Source: Callorhinchus milii (Eukaryota). Taken from it: 64,000 nt of DNA. Made by a program: the position numbers and the translations under genes. This document shows, in pieces, positions 1-12,160 of this stretch. Where the stretch lies: positions 50,222,001-50,286,000 of the forward strand of contig NW_024704742.1 in assembly GCF_018977255.1 (NCBI RefSeq), read 5' to 3'. The notes under the pieces are model-generated. The model did no database searches and was not told the origin of the DNA. It saw nothing but the letters and a program-made list of their open reading frames with translations. Every line of letters begins with the position of its first letter. Position 1 is the stretch's first letter.

Positions 1-325
1 TGTGTGTGTGTGTGTGTGCCTGTGTGTGTGTGTGTGTGTGTGCCTATGTGAGTGTGTGTGTGTGTGCCTATGTGAGTGTGTATGTGTGTGCCTATGTGTA
101 TATGTGTGTGCCTGTGTGTGTGTGTGAGTGTGTGTGCCTGTGTGTGTGTGTGTGTGCCTATGTGAGTGTGTATGTGTGTGCCTATGTGTATGTGTGTGTG
201 CCTGTGTGTGTGCCTGTTTGAGTGTGTGGGTGTGTGAGTGTTGTGGGTCCGTGTGTGTGTGTGCCTGTGTGAGTGTGTGTGGGTGCCCGTATGTGTGTGT
301 GTGTGTGTGCCTGTGTGTGTGTGTG

Positions 326-360
<35 letters not shown>

Positions 361-437
361 CTGTGTGTGTGTGTGCCTGTGTGAGTGTGTGTGCCTGTGT
401 GTGAGTGTGTGTGCCTGTGTGTGTGGGTGCCTGAGTG

Positions 438-469
<32 letters not shown>

Positions 470-1403
470 AGTGTGCTCGTGTGTATGTGTGCCTGTGTGT
501 GTGTGTGTGTGCCTGTGTGTGTGTGTGCCTGTGTGTGTGTGTGTGGGTACCTGTGTGTGCCTGTGTGAGTGTGTGTGTGTGCCTGTGTGTGAGTGTGTGT
601 GCCTGTGTGTGTGTGTGCCTGTGTGTGTGGGTGGGTGCCCGTGTGTGTGCCTGTGTGAGTGTGTGTGTGTGCCTGTGTGAGTGTGTGTGTGTGCCTGTGT
701 GTGTGTGTGCCTGTGTGAGTGTGTGTGTGTGCCTGTGTGTGAGTGTGTGTGCCTGTGTGTGTGTGTGCCTGTGTGTGTGGGTGGGTGCCCGTGTGTGTGC
801 CTGTGTGAGTGTGTGTGTGTGTGAGTGTGTGTGTGTGTGCCTGTGTGAGTGTGTGTGGGTGGGTGCCCGTGTGTGTGCCTGTGTGAGTGTGTGTGTGTGC
901 CTGTGTGTGAGTGTGTGTGTGTGCCTGTGAGTGTGTGTGTGTGTGCCTGTGTGTGTGGGTGCCCGTGTGTGTGCCTGTGTGAGTGTGTGTGTGTGCCTGT
1001 GTGTGAGTGTGTGTGCCTGTGTGTGTGTGTGCCTGTGTGTGTGTGTGTGCCTGTGTGAGTGTGTGTGGGTGCCCATGTGTGTGCCTGTGTGAGTGTGTGT
1101 GTGTGCCTGTGTGAGTGTGTGTGTGTGTGCCTGTGTGAGTGTGTGTGTGTGCCTGTGTGAGTGTGTGTGTGTGTGTGCCTGTGTGAGTGTGTGTGTGTGC
1201 CTGTGTGAGTGTGTGTGTGTGTGCCTGTGTGAGTGCCTGTGTGTGCCTGTGTGTGAGTGTGTGTGAGTGTGTGTGTGTGTGTGCCTGTGTGAGTGTGTGT
1301 GTGTGCCTGTGTGTGTGTGTGCCTGTGTGAGTGTGTGTGTGTGCCTGTGTGTGAGTGTGTGTGCCTGTGTGTGTGTGTGCCTGTGTGAGTGTGTGTGTGT
1401 GTG
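1..1403. repeat. Cryptic (TG)n-based microsatellite/minisatellite
   Basis: Continuous TG dinucleotide runs punctuated by recurring GCCT, GAGT and GGGTGCCC motifs. The Cys/Val and His/Thr ORFs here are artefacts of the repeat. Confidence 0.98.
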
Positions 1404-1760
1404 CTGTCTAACACTGCAAGGTTTTGATCGTGTTATTTGACTTGAGTGATTTTGATTTCGTCTTTGCCCATATTTTGAGACAGACAGTTGTGATCGAGTG
1501 CATGTGTTTAGATTCTACTTTGTGTAGTGTATAAAGTATGAATAGCAATACATGACTGAACTACCCTCATCAGTTTTTTTTCGAAAATAAAGGGGCAAAC
1601 TTAATACACCAAACCTGGTCAATGGAATAATTCGGCCTCGGCCCCCCACCCCATCCATAATCTGCTTTACAGCACTTAACACAAGCATAAAGCACTTCAA
1701 GTTGCACAGATCAGTCATTTATATTCTGTCTATGTACACTTCCTATGAATAATTAAATAC

Positions 1761-1802
1761 CTGTACTTTCACAAGCTTCCCTTGAGAAGAAAGATAGGGA
1801 AA
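1761..1802 (-). other. Candidate 42-nt internal exon (FPYLSSQGKLVKVQ if phase 0)
   Basis: Minus strand reads ttgtctcttctcttctgcag|TTTCCC...GTACAG|gtattt: strong pyrimidine tract, length a multiple of 3, open frame. No homology recognised. Confidence 0.3.
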
Positions 1803-2952
1803 CTGCAGAAGAGAAGAGACAAATATTGTGAATGTGTTGACTGCTATTCCAACACTTTTACGCTCAGCCTCTATTGTTTCATTCCTCGAAGAGTTTTAAT
1901 TGCAATCTGTACGTTTTCCAAGTGCCTCACTCGGCATTTTCAACCCATGTAACTCACTGCACGTTTTATGTACACTAAATATGGTTATTATTATACTGCC
2001 TATATTACAAATATGAATGCATAGCAGTTGCATTTTGATTTAACCATGCTGATAGAAACATTTATTGTGTTTAGAAATACACTTCAGTAATAAATGGTAT
2101 CTTTGAGGTTTCTCTGTACACTCCTATTAGATAACTAGTCTATTCAGCAAAAAATGTCATCGACTTATCAGAAACACTTATCTAATATTTCAATATTTCA
2201 ATGTGAACTCTTGTTTAGCTTGTCTTTCATAACAACGTTTCTGACATGCTGTCACATTACATTTAAATATGTCTTAAAATAAACTTTGGCTAATACTATT
2301 GCTGCAGTTTGGTCAGAATCCAAATATATTACTGTCGCATGCAGAGTGTGGTGTCCAAGGCAACTGTGCAAATGTGGGCTTCAAAATGTTTCAGTGAACC
2401 AAAATGTATAACTAAAATGATTGTGTTAACAGCATTAACATTGGAGGTTCACAATTAAAGACCATCCTTTGGCACTCCTTGCTCAGATAGTAATGCCTGC
2501 CAGGATTTGACATTTTGAACAAGGGATTTTAATGTTTAAAATGAAAGTATCCATATGAATAATTATACAATTGGGCATTGCACAGACAAATATGTGTTTG
2601 GAGAATAAATTAGTGTCACTATGAATAACTTTATAAGGTTTCACAATTTCTCTAATGGAACATTGCCTTCATGTTTTCCATACATATGTAATCATATACA
2701 AATAATGTTAATCCTTGGAATTAATATGGTGTTCATGACATTAAAAAAGTTTCAAAATGCTTCATCGGTAATTTATACAATGATCATGCATCTGTAGACA
2801 AGCACAACAGCCAACTTGCACACCGTAATATCCCACAAACAGTCACAAAGTGAATTTAACAGGTAGATATTGTCCATGCCCCAGGAGAAAGTATTTGCTT
2901 TTCTCAAGTACTATTTAACATTCACTAGAAAAGGCAGATGATACCACAGTTT

Positions 2953-4090
2953 TAATAATAATAATCCTTGCATTTGATATAGCACCTTATCACATCTTCT
3001 AGACGTCTCAAAGTGCTTCACAGAATATACTTTAAAGAGAATTGACTGTGTATGTTGTGGGTGAAACGAGCAGCCAATTGCGCTTACCAGTGTCCCACAA
3101 ACAGTCATGTTTTAATGTCTAACCTGAAGGATGACACCTCCAACAATGCAGCACTCCCCAAGTATTTGTACTGGAGTGTCAACGTAGTTTGTGAGTTCAA
3201 CAACAACAACAACAACAAGATTCCATTTATAAAGCGCCTTTCACGTCAGGAGGACGTCCCAAGGCGCTGCACAGTTGGGTCATGACCCGAGCAGGGGGGA
3301 AATGGTCAGGGTGAGGGGAGGGAAGGGAGGGAGCGAGGAGGGGGAAATGGTCAGGGTGAGGGGAGGGAAGGGAGGGAGCGAGGAGGGGGAAGAGAGTCGA
3401 GAGGGGAGCTGAAGGCACGGTCAAAGAGAAAGGTTTTGAGACCGGCCTTGAAGGAGGAAAGGGAGGAAGCGGCGAAGGCACTGGGGGATGGAGTTCCAGA
3501 GCCTCGGGGCTGAGAGGCTGAAGGCCCGACCACCGATGGTAGGGCGGTTGGGGCGGGGGACGTGGAGCAGACCGGAGCCAGAGGAACGGAGGGTACGGGC
3601 AGGTAGGTAGGGGGATAGTAGGTTGGAGAGGTAGGAGGGAGCGAGGCCGTGAATGGCCTTGTAGGTGAGGATGAGGATCTTGAATTCGATCCTCTGGGGG
3701 ATGGGGAGCCAGTGGAGGTGAGCGAGGGTGGGAGTGATGTGGTCCCGAAGCCTGGTGCGGGACAGTACACGAGCTGCAGAGTTCTGAATGACCTGCAGCT
3801 TGTGGAGGGAGGTGGCGGGAAGGCCGGCGAGGAGAGAGTTCCCATAGTCCAGCCTTGAGGTGACGAAGGCGTGAACTAGGGTTTCAGCAGCGTGAGGGGT
3901 GAGGTAGTGCCGTAGTCTGGCGATGTTCCGGAGGTGATGGAAGGCGGTGCCAGTTGTGGTGCGGATGTGAGGGAGAAAGGACAGCTCAGGGTCGAACAAA
4001 ACGCCGAGGTTCAAAGTTCTTACATGGGGTGGGCTTGAACCCACAACCCTCTGACCCATGGCCACGAGTCCTACCAAATTGAGACAAGCT
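2953..4090 (-). mobile_element. DeuSINE-type tRNA-derived SINE split by an L2 insertion (SINE parts about 2953-3200 and 4009-4090)
   Basis: Tail and central domain at 2953-3200 and the head (reverse of GGTTGTGGGTTCAAGCCC) at 4015-4090 match the SINE copy at 50780-51135. Confidence 0.75.
3199..4013 (-). mobile_element. L2 LINE, 5'-truncated young copy (RT C-terminus, 3' UTR, (TTG)n tail)
   Basis: ORF 3421-4077 contains NLGVLFDPELSFLPHI...LVHAFVTSRLDYGNSLL...LHWLPIPQRIEFKIL, typical of L2 ORF2. (CAA)n tail at about 3199-3218. GTTCAA is duplicated at 3195-3200 and 4009-4014. Confidence 0.95.
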
Positions 4091-4600
4091 TACATATATT
4101 CCCAGGTATCTACTGCAACACTAACCAAATTGTCACCAAATCACAACCAAAGCACAACAGCCCTACTGGATAACGAAGTCACTAGGTATTGGATTTCTAC
4201 TCAATCTGGCCAGACATCAGATGTGCTCACTGGATAATTCACTCCCTTTTACCATTATGGTCTAAACATATATGGTTGGACATGTGTGTTCCTCTGTATA
4301 CGTGTAAAAAGAACTTCTACAATTTAAAATAGTGGAATATATCTTATACTATATCATTAAAATTAGTGATCTCTGCATTACATTTTTCATGGAATTTCTC
4401 ATGTAACAACTAGTTTGATTACTATTTTTGTAATCGTGGTATGGTTAACCCAAGTGTGAAGTGTATATAGGTTGAGATACACAAGGAAAATATGGTCAAA
4501 TCTGAGGTGCTTTTAAGGTCTTACTTCAAATATTAAGTGTTTCAGTAAATTCACACTTCAAAAGAAAAGGTTTGTTGTAAACACCATTTTTTAAAAAAAT

Positions 4601-4831
4601 AATAAACCTTGCATTTGATACAGTGTCTTATCACCTCTTTGAGAAGTTTTAAAGCGCTTCACAGAATATACTGTAAAGTGAATTGACTGTATAGTTTGTG
4701 GGCAAAATACGGCAGCTAATTGCACACAGCAGTGTCCCATAAACAGTCAGAATTGAGTAACCAAATTATAATTAAACAAATATTTTTTAAGGGATTATTA
4801 CTCCCGGAAAAGCAATCCACCAATCAACTAA
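4601..4831 (-). mobile_element. 5'-truncated tRNA-Ala SINE (long form)
   Basis: Matches the 3' part of the copy at 29784-30170. Confidence 0.85.
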
Positions 4832-5072
4832 TTTATTATGATTAACTGAGGAGATGTGGTAGAGCTAGATAACTAGCTTTTTTAGGTCATACACAATAGG
4901 GGAGGCATGTTTCTGAGTGTCTATTGGCGCTGAGCAGAAGTGTTGGGGAAAATATACACTTTGGGGCTTCATTTATAGGTTATCTGTATAAGTGCAAGTG
5001 TAAAGAGGGATTTACAGGTAGGTATCTCTAATTATGGGAACCTGGAAGCAGAGTTTTTAATGAATTTCATGA

Positions 5073-5445
5073 TGTATCAGCTTGGTTCAGCTGGTAGCAT
5101 TCTATCATTTGGAGGAGAAAAATGTGGGTTCAAGTCCCTTTTGGGCTGATACTCCAGTTTAGAGTTGGGAGAGCACTGCATTGTAGGAGGTGCTGATTTT
5201 TAGATGAAATGTTAAGTCAAGGTATTGACTGCCTGTTCAGGTGGAATTTAAAGAACCTAAAAAGAAGGCAATTTCTCCCGGTGTTCGGGCCAACAAATCT
5301 TCCAGTTAAATCGGTCATTCACCTCTTGGCTGGTTTGGGACATTGTTGTGTGTAAATTGGCTGCCATATTAACATACAAACACACAATTGCTGCATTTAT
5401 CAAAAAATACTTTTTCAACATAAGGCACTGTATCAAATGCAAGAA
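5073..5445 (+). mobile_element. DeuSINE-type SINE (SacSINE1/AmnSINE1-like), diverged
   Basis: Head GGTTCAGCTGGTAGCA...GGGTTCAAGTCCC, central GGAGGTGCTG...GATGAAATGTTAA...TGCCTGTTCAGGTGG, tail CACTGTATCAAATGCAAG. Confidence 0.8.
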
Positions 5446-6921
5446 TTCTTAATTATATAATTTACATTTATATAGTGCCTTTCGCATTGGGATGGGCACC
5501 CAAGCTGGAGGTGGGAGCTGAGGGGTTTGGGGATGGGAAAGATGCATGTTTTGAGACGGTCTTGAAAGAGATGAGGGAGGACAGAGTTCCAGAGAGCTTG
5601 TTTATTGAATGAGGGCACCTGTAATTCATTATTTGCACATGCAGTTTCATGGTTAAACAACCTGCAAATTGGACCCCACTGCAATCAGAGCTTTTAACTC
5701 ACCCTATTAAATTCCTTTACATTTATGATAATTGCCTTTCCCGAAACAAAAAACGCATTTGGTAGATTTTTAGATAAAATCGGTGTTTAGCAATAAGTAT
5801 CATTGGAGGTAACTGTAATGATAGATTTCATGATTCTGATGGTTGGTGAAAACACAACAAAAACATTAATAATTTACATTAATCTGCTGAGGCGCAAGCC
5901 CAGAATCTTCCTCTAAGAAATATTCCACTATTCAATGTAATTCAATAGATGATTGTTAATTCTGTGTTTGAACTCCTGCACACAACACATGGCCATCACT
6001 GCCCGAGAGAGAGGGTCCCACAGGCAGGAGAAGCAGTATGTGAAGCTTTGCCACTGGTATTCTAGAGAACATTTCAAACGGACATAGAGAATGTTTATAT
6101 AGAATATAAACCCGGATAAAACTTGGGCAAAAAATGCCAAGTGGGGATAAATTTGACATACATCCTGAAAAGAATGCAGACATCATTTATAGAAGTTATC
6201 AAGCATAGAAGAATACTGTCAAAAGTTGACCAGCTGCTCAGTATTTAACATATTTATGCACTAATACTCTATTTATACTGTTTTATTTATGCCACAGTGA
6301 ACCCACAGCTGTACACATCGAAGGTTTTGCAACCAATGTAATTTCAAGATTGTGTCATAAATAATCCTAGCATGAAGAAAGAGGAATTCTGGATTTGTTG
6401 CAGAATGATTTCAAAGTTGCAAACCTATAAACCAAAGCTGAACTCCAGGTCAGTAACTCTAGCATCCTCTTAGAGATGAGTATTTTCTTATATTTAGATG
6501 CTTTCTGTGTTTTTTATTTGATAGACAATAACTGCCACTGCAGGTCAGGGAGAATGGAACCAGCTAAGAGAGCCACTGTGAATAAAACCAACTCAGCAAC
6601 ATGAAATATTGCATTTGGAGCTAATATCAGTATAATCGTGGATTACCATTATAATAATAGTAATCCTTACATTTGGTATAGCACCTTTCATGTCAGGGGA
6701 CATTTCAAATACTTCACAGGATATACCGTAAAGTGCAATGACTGTGTTTTGTGGGTGAATGCCCTCAACACATTTATAGTATTAGGTGCAAGGCCATCCC
6801 TTGTTTATTTTTGTTAAGTTTTCCAATATTCAGAAAAACTAATAAAACAGCAAAAATAACAACTTAGATTTAATTTTAGAGATATTAATAGTAGACATTT
6901 GATTAAACCTAATTAAAATTG

Positions 6922-7291
6922 TTGTGGGTTCAAGCCCTAAATCAGGACTTTGAACTCATTGTCTGTCTGACACTCCAATGAATTGTTTGAGTGCGCTTCA
7001 TTGTTGGTGATTTCTTTGGATGGATGTTAAACTGAGTTCCTGTCTTCCTGTTCAGGTGGACATTAAAGACCCCATGGCACTGTTTGAAAAGAGAAGGGAG
7101 TGCTTCAGTGTCCTAGATACCAAACCACCAAATAAAATTGGTCACTCATTTCATGGCTGTTTGTAGGACATTGCTGGTTGCAAATTGGTTGCCATGTTTA
7201 CACAGTCACTACAATTCATAGTAAAATCCTGTGAAATACTTTGAGATATGTCAACAACATGATAAAGTTGTGTACTAAATGCAAGGATTAT
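6922..7291 (+). mobile_element. DeuSINE-type SINE, diverged
   Basis: GTTGTGGGTTCAAGCCC, CTGTTCAGGTGGACATTAAAGACCCCATGGCAC and the shared tail. Confidence 0.8.
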
Positions 7292-7429
7292 AGTGTGAGC
7301 CCCTTTGTTATTCTATGTGTATCCTACCAATTGTGTTCTTTTTATCCACCAATTTTCTCACCTGAAGATTTATTTTTCCTGCCAGTAACATATGGTTCTA
7401 CAGGTACCAGATGACCGCTGGTTGCTTGC

Positions 7430-7753
7430 TGGAGTCCTGTAGCTCAGTGGTTAGAGCACTCGCTTTGCAAGCGAGAGACCTGAGTTCAATTCCAGGCAGG
7501 GTGAAACCTTGGGCAAGTTTCCTTACTCCACACAGAGCCTAATAATAATCCCTCCAAAACCCAAAACAATAATAAATTGGTCATTTTCAATCTACGACTG
7601 TTTGTGGGACATTGCTGTGCGCAATTGGCTGCCGCGTTCGCCCACAAATATACAGTCAATTCACTTTACAGTGTGCTCTGTGAAGCGCTTTAGGACGTCC
7701 TCCCGACGTGAAAAGCGCTATACCAAATGCAAGGATTATTATTATTATTATTA
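7430..7753 (+). mobile_element. tRNA-Ala-derived SINE, short form, full length
   Basis: A box TAGCTCAGTGG, anticodon arm CTCGC-TTTGCAA-GCGAG (TGC), B box GTTCAATTCC, L2-like 3' stem GGACGTCCTCCCGACGTGAAAAGCGC, (TTA)n tail. Confidence 0.95.
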
Positions 7754-8129
7754 AGTGACCATTATGCATGTGGAAGCAGGGAAAGTGAGTCTGTATTCAT
7801 CCCCTCTGTATTTTTCCATAGTATTTGCCATCTTCCTTACTTTAATCTGTCTATCACAGATAGTTCAAATTCCTCATCCTCACTTTCAAAGCCATCCACG
7901 CCTTACTCCTCTCTCCCTATGAGACCTGCTAACTCCATTCTGACCTGTCTGCTCCCTCCACTCTGCTCCAGGTCTCCCAGCCTGCCCGCTCTACCAACTG
8001 GCCTTCAGACTTTCTGCCCCCAACCATTGGAACTCCATCCCAAAGCACCTTCACCTCACCCCCTCCCTTGCCTGTTTCAAGGCCTGTCTCAAGACCGTCC
8101 TCTACGACCGCGCCTTTGGTCACCCTTCT

Positions 8130-10623
8130 ACATAAGAACATAAGCATTAGGAGCAGGAGTAGGCCATTCGGCCCCTCGAGCCTTCCCCGCCATTCGATAA
8201 GATCATGGTTGATCTTCAGACCTAACTCAATTACCTGCCCTATCCCCATATCCCCTAATTCCTCTGTTTTTTAAAAATCTATCAGTCTCAGCCTTGAAGA
8301 TGTTCAAGGACTGAGCATCTACAGCCTTCTGGGATAGTGAATTCCATAAATTCACTACCCTCTGAGTGAAGAAATGTTTCCTCAACTCTGTTCTAAAAGG
8401 CTGACCCTTAATTTTAAGACTGTGACCCCTGGTTATAGATTCTCCTACCAGGGGAAACAGACCCTCAGTGTCTATTTTATCCAGCCCTTTAAGAATGTTA
8501 TATGTTTCAATAAGATCTCCCCTAATTCTTCTGTACTCTAGAGAATATAGCCCTAGTTTATTCAGCCTGTCCTCATAGGTCTGTCCCCTCATCCCAGGAA
8601 CTAACCTAGTGAATCTACGCTGCACGCTCTCTTGGGCAAATATGTCCTTTTTTAAATAAGGAGACCAAAACTGCACACAATACTCTAGGTGCAGTCTCAC
8701 CAAGGCCCTATACAGTTGCAGCAAGACTTCCCTACTCTTGTACTCTAAACCTTTTGCAATAAACGCTAACATGCCGTTCGCCTTCTTAGTTGCTTGCTAC
8801 ACCTGCAAACTAACTTTTTGAGACTGGTGTACAAGGACACCCAAATCCATCTGAACACTAACACTATCTAATCTCTCCCCCTCTAGAAAATAATCTGTTT
8901 TTCTATTTTTTCTACCTAGGTGAATAACTTCACACTTCCCCACACTAAATTCCATCTGCCAACTACTCGCCAACTCCCCTAGCCTATCTATATCCCTTTG
9001 CAATCTTTTTGCATCATCCTTAGAGCTTACTCTCCCACCTAGTTTAGTGTCATCCGCGAATTTAGATACGTTACATTCAATGTCCTCGTCTAGATCATTG
9101 ATGTAAATTGTAAATAGCTGAGGCCCAAGCACTGATCCTTGTGGCACTCCACTAGTCACATCCTGCCAATTCGAGAATGACCCATTTATCCCTACTCTCT
9201 GTTTTCTACCCGTTAGCCACTCTTCAATCCATGCTAATATGTTCCCATTAATCCCATGGGCCTTAACCTTGTGCAATAGCCTTTTGTGTGGCACTTTGTC
9301 AAATGCCTTTTTAAAATCTAAATATACTACATCTACTGGTTCCCCCCTGTCTAACCTGCTAGATACATCTTCAAAAAACTCTAAAAGATTAGTTAAGCAT
9401 GACTTCCCTTTTGTAAAGCCATGTTGACTCTGCCTAATCTTGTTATGGTCTTCCAGGAATCCCATAACGACATTCTTAATTAAGGACTCAAGAATTTTCC
9501 CTACCACTGAAGCCAGACTAACTGGTTTATAGTTCCCCATCTTTTCTTTCCCAATTTTCTTAAATAGTGGTGTCACGTTTGCAATCTTCCAATCAATGGG
9601 AACCGTTCCAGAATCTAGAGAATTTCGGAAGATCAAAGACAAGCCATCCACTATCTCAGTAGCCACCTCTTTTAAAACCCTAGGATGTAGGCCATCAGGT
9701 CCAGGAGATTTATCAGTTTTAAGACCTGATAATTTACCTAAAACCATTTCTTTACTAATATTAATTCCTCCAAGTTGCTCACTAACATTTTCTTCCTGGT
9801 TCCCCACTATTCTTGGTAGGTTTTCAGTGTCTTCCAAGGTGAAGACAGTAGCAAAGTACTTGTTTAATGACTCTGCTATGTCTTTGTCCCCTACTATAAT
9901 TACCCCCGTCTCTGCCTGTAGCGGACCTACATTTACCCTTGACAGCCTCTTCCTCTTTATATATTTATAAAAACTCTTGCAGTCTGTCTTTATGTTCCTC
10001 ACTAGTTTGCCCTCATATTCCATGTTCTCCCTCTTAATCACTTTTTTGGTTTTCCTTTGTTGATCCCTAAAGTTCTCCCAATCCTCGGGTTTACTACTCA
10101 TTTTAGCTGTTTTATAGGCTTCTTCCTTTAACTTTATACTTTCCCTAACTGCTCTAGTTAGCCATGGTTGGGCCACCTGTTCCGTGGCATTCTTATTCCT
10201 TAAAGGAATACGTGCTCGCTGGGAATTTTGCACTATCTCCTTAAATATCTGCCATTGCTGGTCTACTGTCAAATCCTTAAGTCTAATTTCCCAGTTTATT
10301 TTGGCTAAATCCTCTCTCATACCAGCAAAATTGGCTCCACTTAAATTTAAAACCTTTGCTTCGGACTTAACTATTTCTCTCTCTAACTTAATGCTAAATT
10401 CCATCGTATTATGATCACTTTGCCCCTGAGGAGCCTTAATTTTCAGTTTGCTGATCAGCCCTGCTTCATTGCACAAAACAAGGTCCAATATGGCCTGTTC
10501 CCTGGTTGGCTCCTCGGCATACTGATCTAGATAATTATCCCTAATACATTCTATAAACTCTTCCTCTGTCATACTTTTCCCAATTTGGTTGTCCCAATCT
10601 ATGTGCAGATTAAAATCACCCAT
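8130..10623 (-). mobile_element. CR1 LINE, 5'-truncated within the endonuclease domain
   Basis: ORF2 motifs MGDFN, LDLVL, SDHN, KSPGPDG, QHGF, YLDFKKAFDKV, GVPQGSVLGP, FADD. 3' tail CCTACTCCTGCTCCTAATGCTTATGTTCTTATGT. Possible target-site duplication (TSD) CCCTTC at 8123-8128 and 10625-10630. Confidence 0.97.
8227..10623 (-). pseudogene. CR1 ORF2 (partial APE endonuclease plus reverse transcriptase) with one in-frame TAG
   Basis: ORFs 8797-10641 and 8227-8772 are in the same frame, separated by a stop at 8797-8799 and 8 sense codons. Confidence 0.93.
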
Positions 10624-11087
10624 GCCCTTCCTGCCCTCCACCCCTCCTGATCAGAACCACCAGCTCAGGTCCAAATCCTTCTCTGTCCAGCATCTTAAGA
10701 CTCTGCCTGACATGAACAGCGCTTTCCAAATGTAATTTTTGCTGTTGTTATTGAATCTTCTTATCTGCTTGTAGGTTTCTTTTTGTTTTCTCCTCTATTG
10801 TTCCTCTTGTTCTCATTTGTTTCGGTTATCAAATCTCCCTCATTCATGTTTCATCTTCTCCTAAAAGGTTACAGTCAATGACTGTAATATTATTATTTAT
10901 TCCAATTTCACAAAATAAATGATTCGTCAAACACATTTTTACAGCTGATCTCAGCTCAGCCGTGTGTGTGGAAATGAAAAGACAAATATGCAGAGTGCTG
11001 TCAGTCTTATTTTGTTTTGTTTAATAAATGATTGGAATACAGGGGGGTGAATAACAGAGTTGGCAACTTCATAAAGAATCAGATTAC

Positions 11088-11158
11088 CTGCAATATCACT
11101 TCAAGGTGTATGACACTTAAACCACCAGAAAGAAGCTCAAGTGGTTTATCAACATCAT
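11088..11158 (-). other. Candidate 71-nt exon (DVDKPLELLSGGLSVIHLEVILQ, phase 1 to 0)
   Basis: atcctgcattttag|ATGATG...TTGCAG|gtaatc with an open frame. Phase-compatible with the 1761-1802 candidate. Confidence 0.25.
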
Positions 11159-11399
11159 CTAAAATGCAGGATAGATTATTGCTTTAGATAACATCCCACA
11201 CTGCATTATTCTTTATAAAACCTATAAACATAATATCGACTACCCGTAGTTCATGTTTTTTTTCATATTTTTGCTAGTGGAATTCCCACACTCAGTGGAC
11301 ACAGGAATCCCACAAGTTGTGCTGTAGAATAAGCAGACTCATCTGTTGTCTCCCAACATCAAATCAATATGACAGTTTGCCAGTGAGAGCTAAAATTGC

Positions 11400-11710
11400 A
11401 TAGCTTTGGCAAGCTATGTGATTTAAGCTGAACATACTCCAGCAGTAGTCCAATACACACACTGAAGCCCCAAAACCGTGGTTCTCACCAACCTGTGCTT
11501 AATAGTTTCACCCACTAATATACGGTCAATTCACTTTACAGTCTAATCTGTGAAGCGCTTTGAGACGTCGAGAAGACGTGAAAAAGCGCTATATCAAATG
11601 CAAGGATTATTATTATTATAACATCCCTAAAGTAGTTGTGAGAGAGTAAGCATTGCATTCGAGACTTCAGGAAATTTCCATGCATAGGTGTCTTACATAT
11701 ATGGAAAGCT
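11400..11710 (+). repeat. Copy of unnamed structured dispersed repeat, interrupted by a SINE tail (about 11508-11619)
   Basis: TGGCAAGCTATGTGATTTAAGCTG...CCAGCAGTAG...CCCCAAAACC...CCTGTGCTTAATA aligns with 63690-63787. The TTTCCATG...TATGGAAA hairpin follows the SINE. Confidence 0.7.
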
Positions 11711-11769
11711 ACATATGTGGAGTGGATATAGCATAGATTTATGCTGATTTACAGGATGAGTGGATACAG

Positions 11770-12160
11770 CAATCAAGAAAGAATGCAGCTTTTCTCATCA
11801 GAGTTGAGACGATTGGTGGGGGAGAGACTTGATAGAGGTGATCAAGTTTATGAAAGGATTCAATAAAGTGCTTCCACTCACTGGTGATTCCAAAACGGCA
11901 TAAATACAAGATAGATGGTAGTAGATATAATAGGGGGGGTAGGAGAAACTTCTTCATGCAGAGGTTGGTGAGAATGTGAAACTCGTTGCTGAAAATTAGT
12001 TATTTTAATAGAAAACTTGGTGCATACATAAGTGAGAAGGGAATACAGGTGTATCGGAGAGGGAAGTAGGAGGAATGGGGAATACAAACACCAGCACAGA
12101 ATAGCTGAGTGGATTGGTCTGTTTCCATGTCCTATCATTCCACGTAACTCTATGTAACTC
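11770..12160 (+). mobile_element. Old CR1 3' fragment
   Basis: Degenerate GGAGACTTGATAGAGGT...GAAACTTCTTCATGCAGAGGTTGGTGAGAATGTGAAACTC (GDLIE / FFTQRVV region). Confidence 0.75.

Larger units (their letters stand above)
7865..10752 (+). mobile_element. Old L2 3' fragment interrupted by the CR1 (L2 parts about 7865-8128 and 10625-10752)
   Basis: TTCAAATTCCTCATCCTCACTTTCAAAGCCATCC...TGGAACTCCATCCC lies before the CR1 and the L2 tail ...GCGCTTTCCAAATGTAATTTTTGCTGTTG lies after it. Confidence 0.75.

Noticed and set aside
6..1414. Long Cys/Val-rich and His/Thr-rich ORFs (up to 410 aa)
   Set aside because: Translations of a (TG)n repeat, which cannot easily contain stop codons.
5928..6186. Overlapping minus-strand ORFs after a ttttcag acceptor
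   Set aside because: No recognisable protein and no good donor; two alternative frames are equally plausible.
7430..7500. SINE heads as tRNA-Ala genes
   Set aside because: No complete acceptor stem or terminator; each continues into a SINE body and tail.
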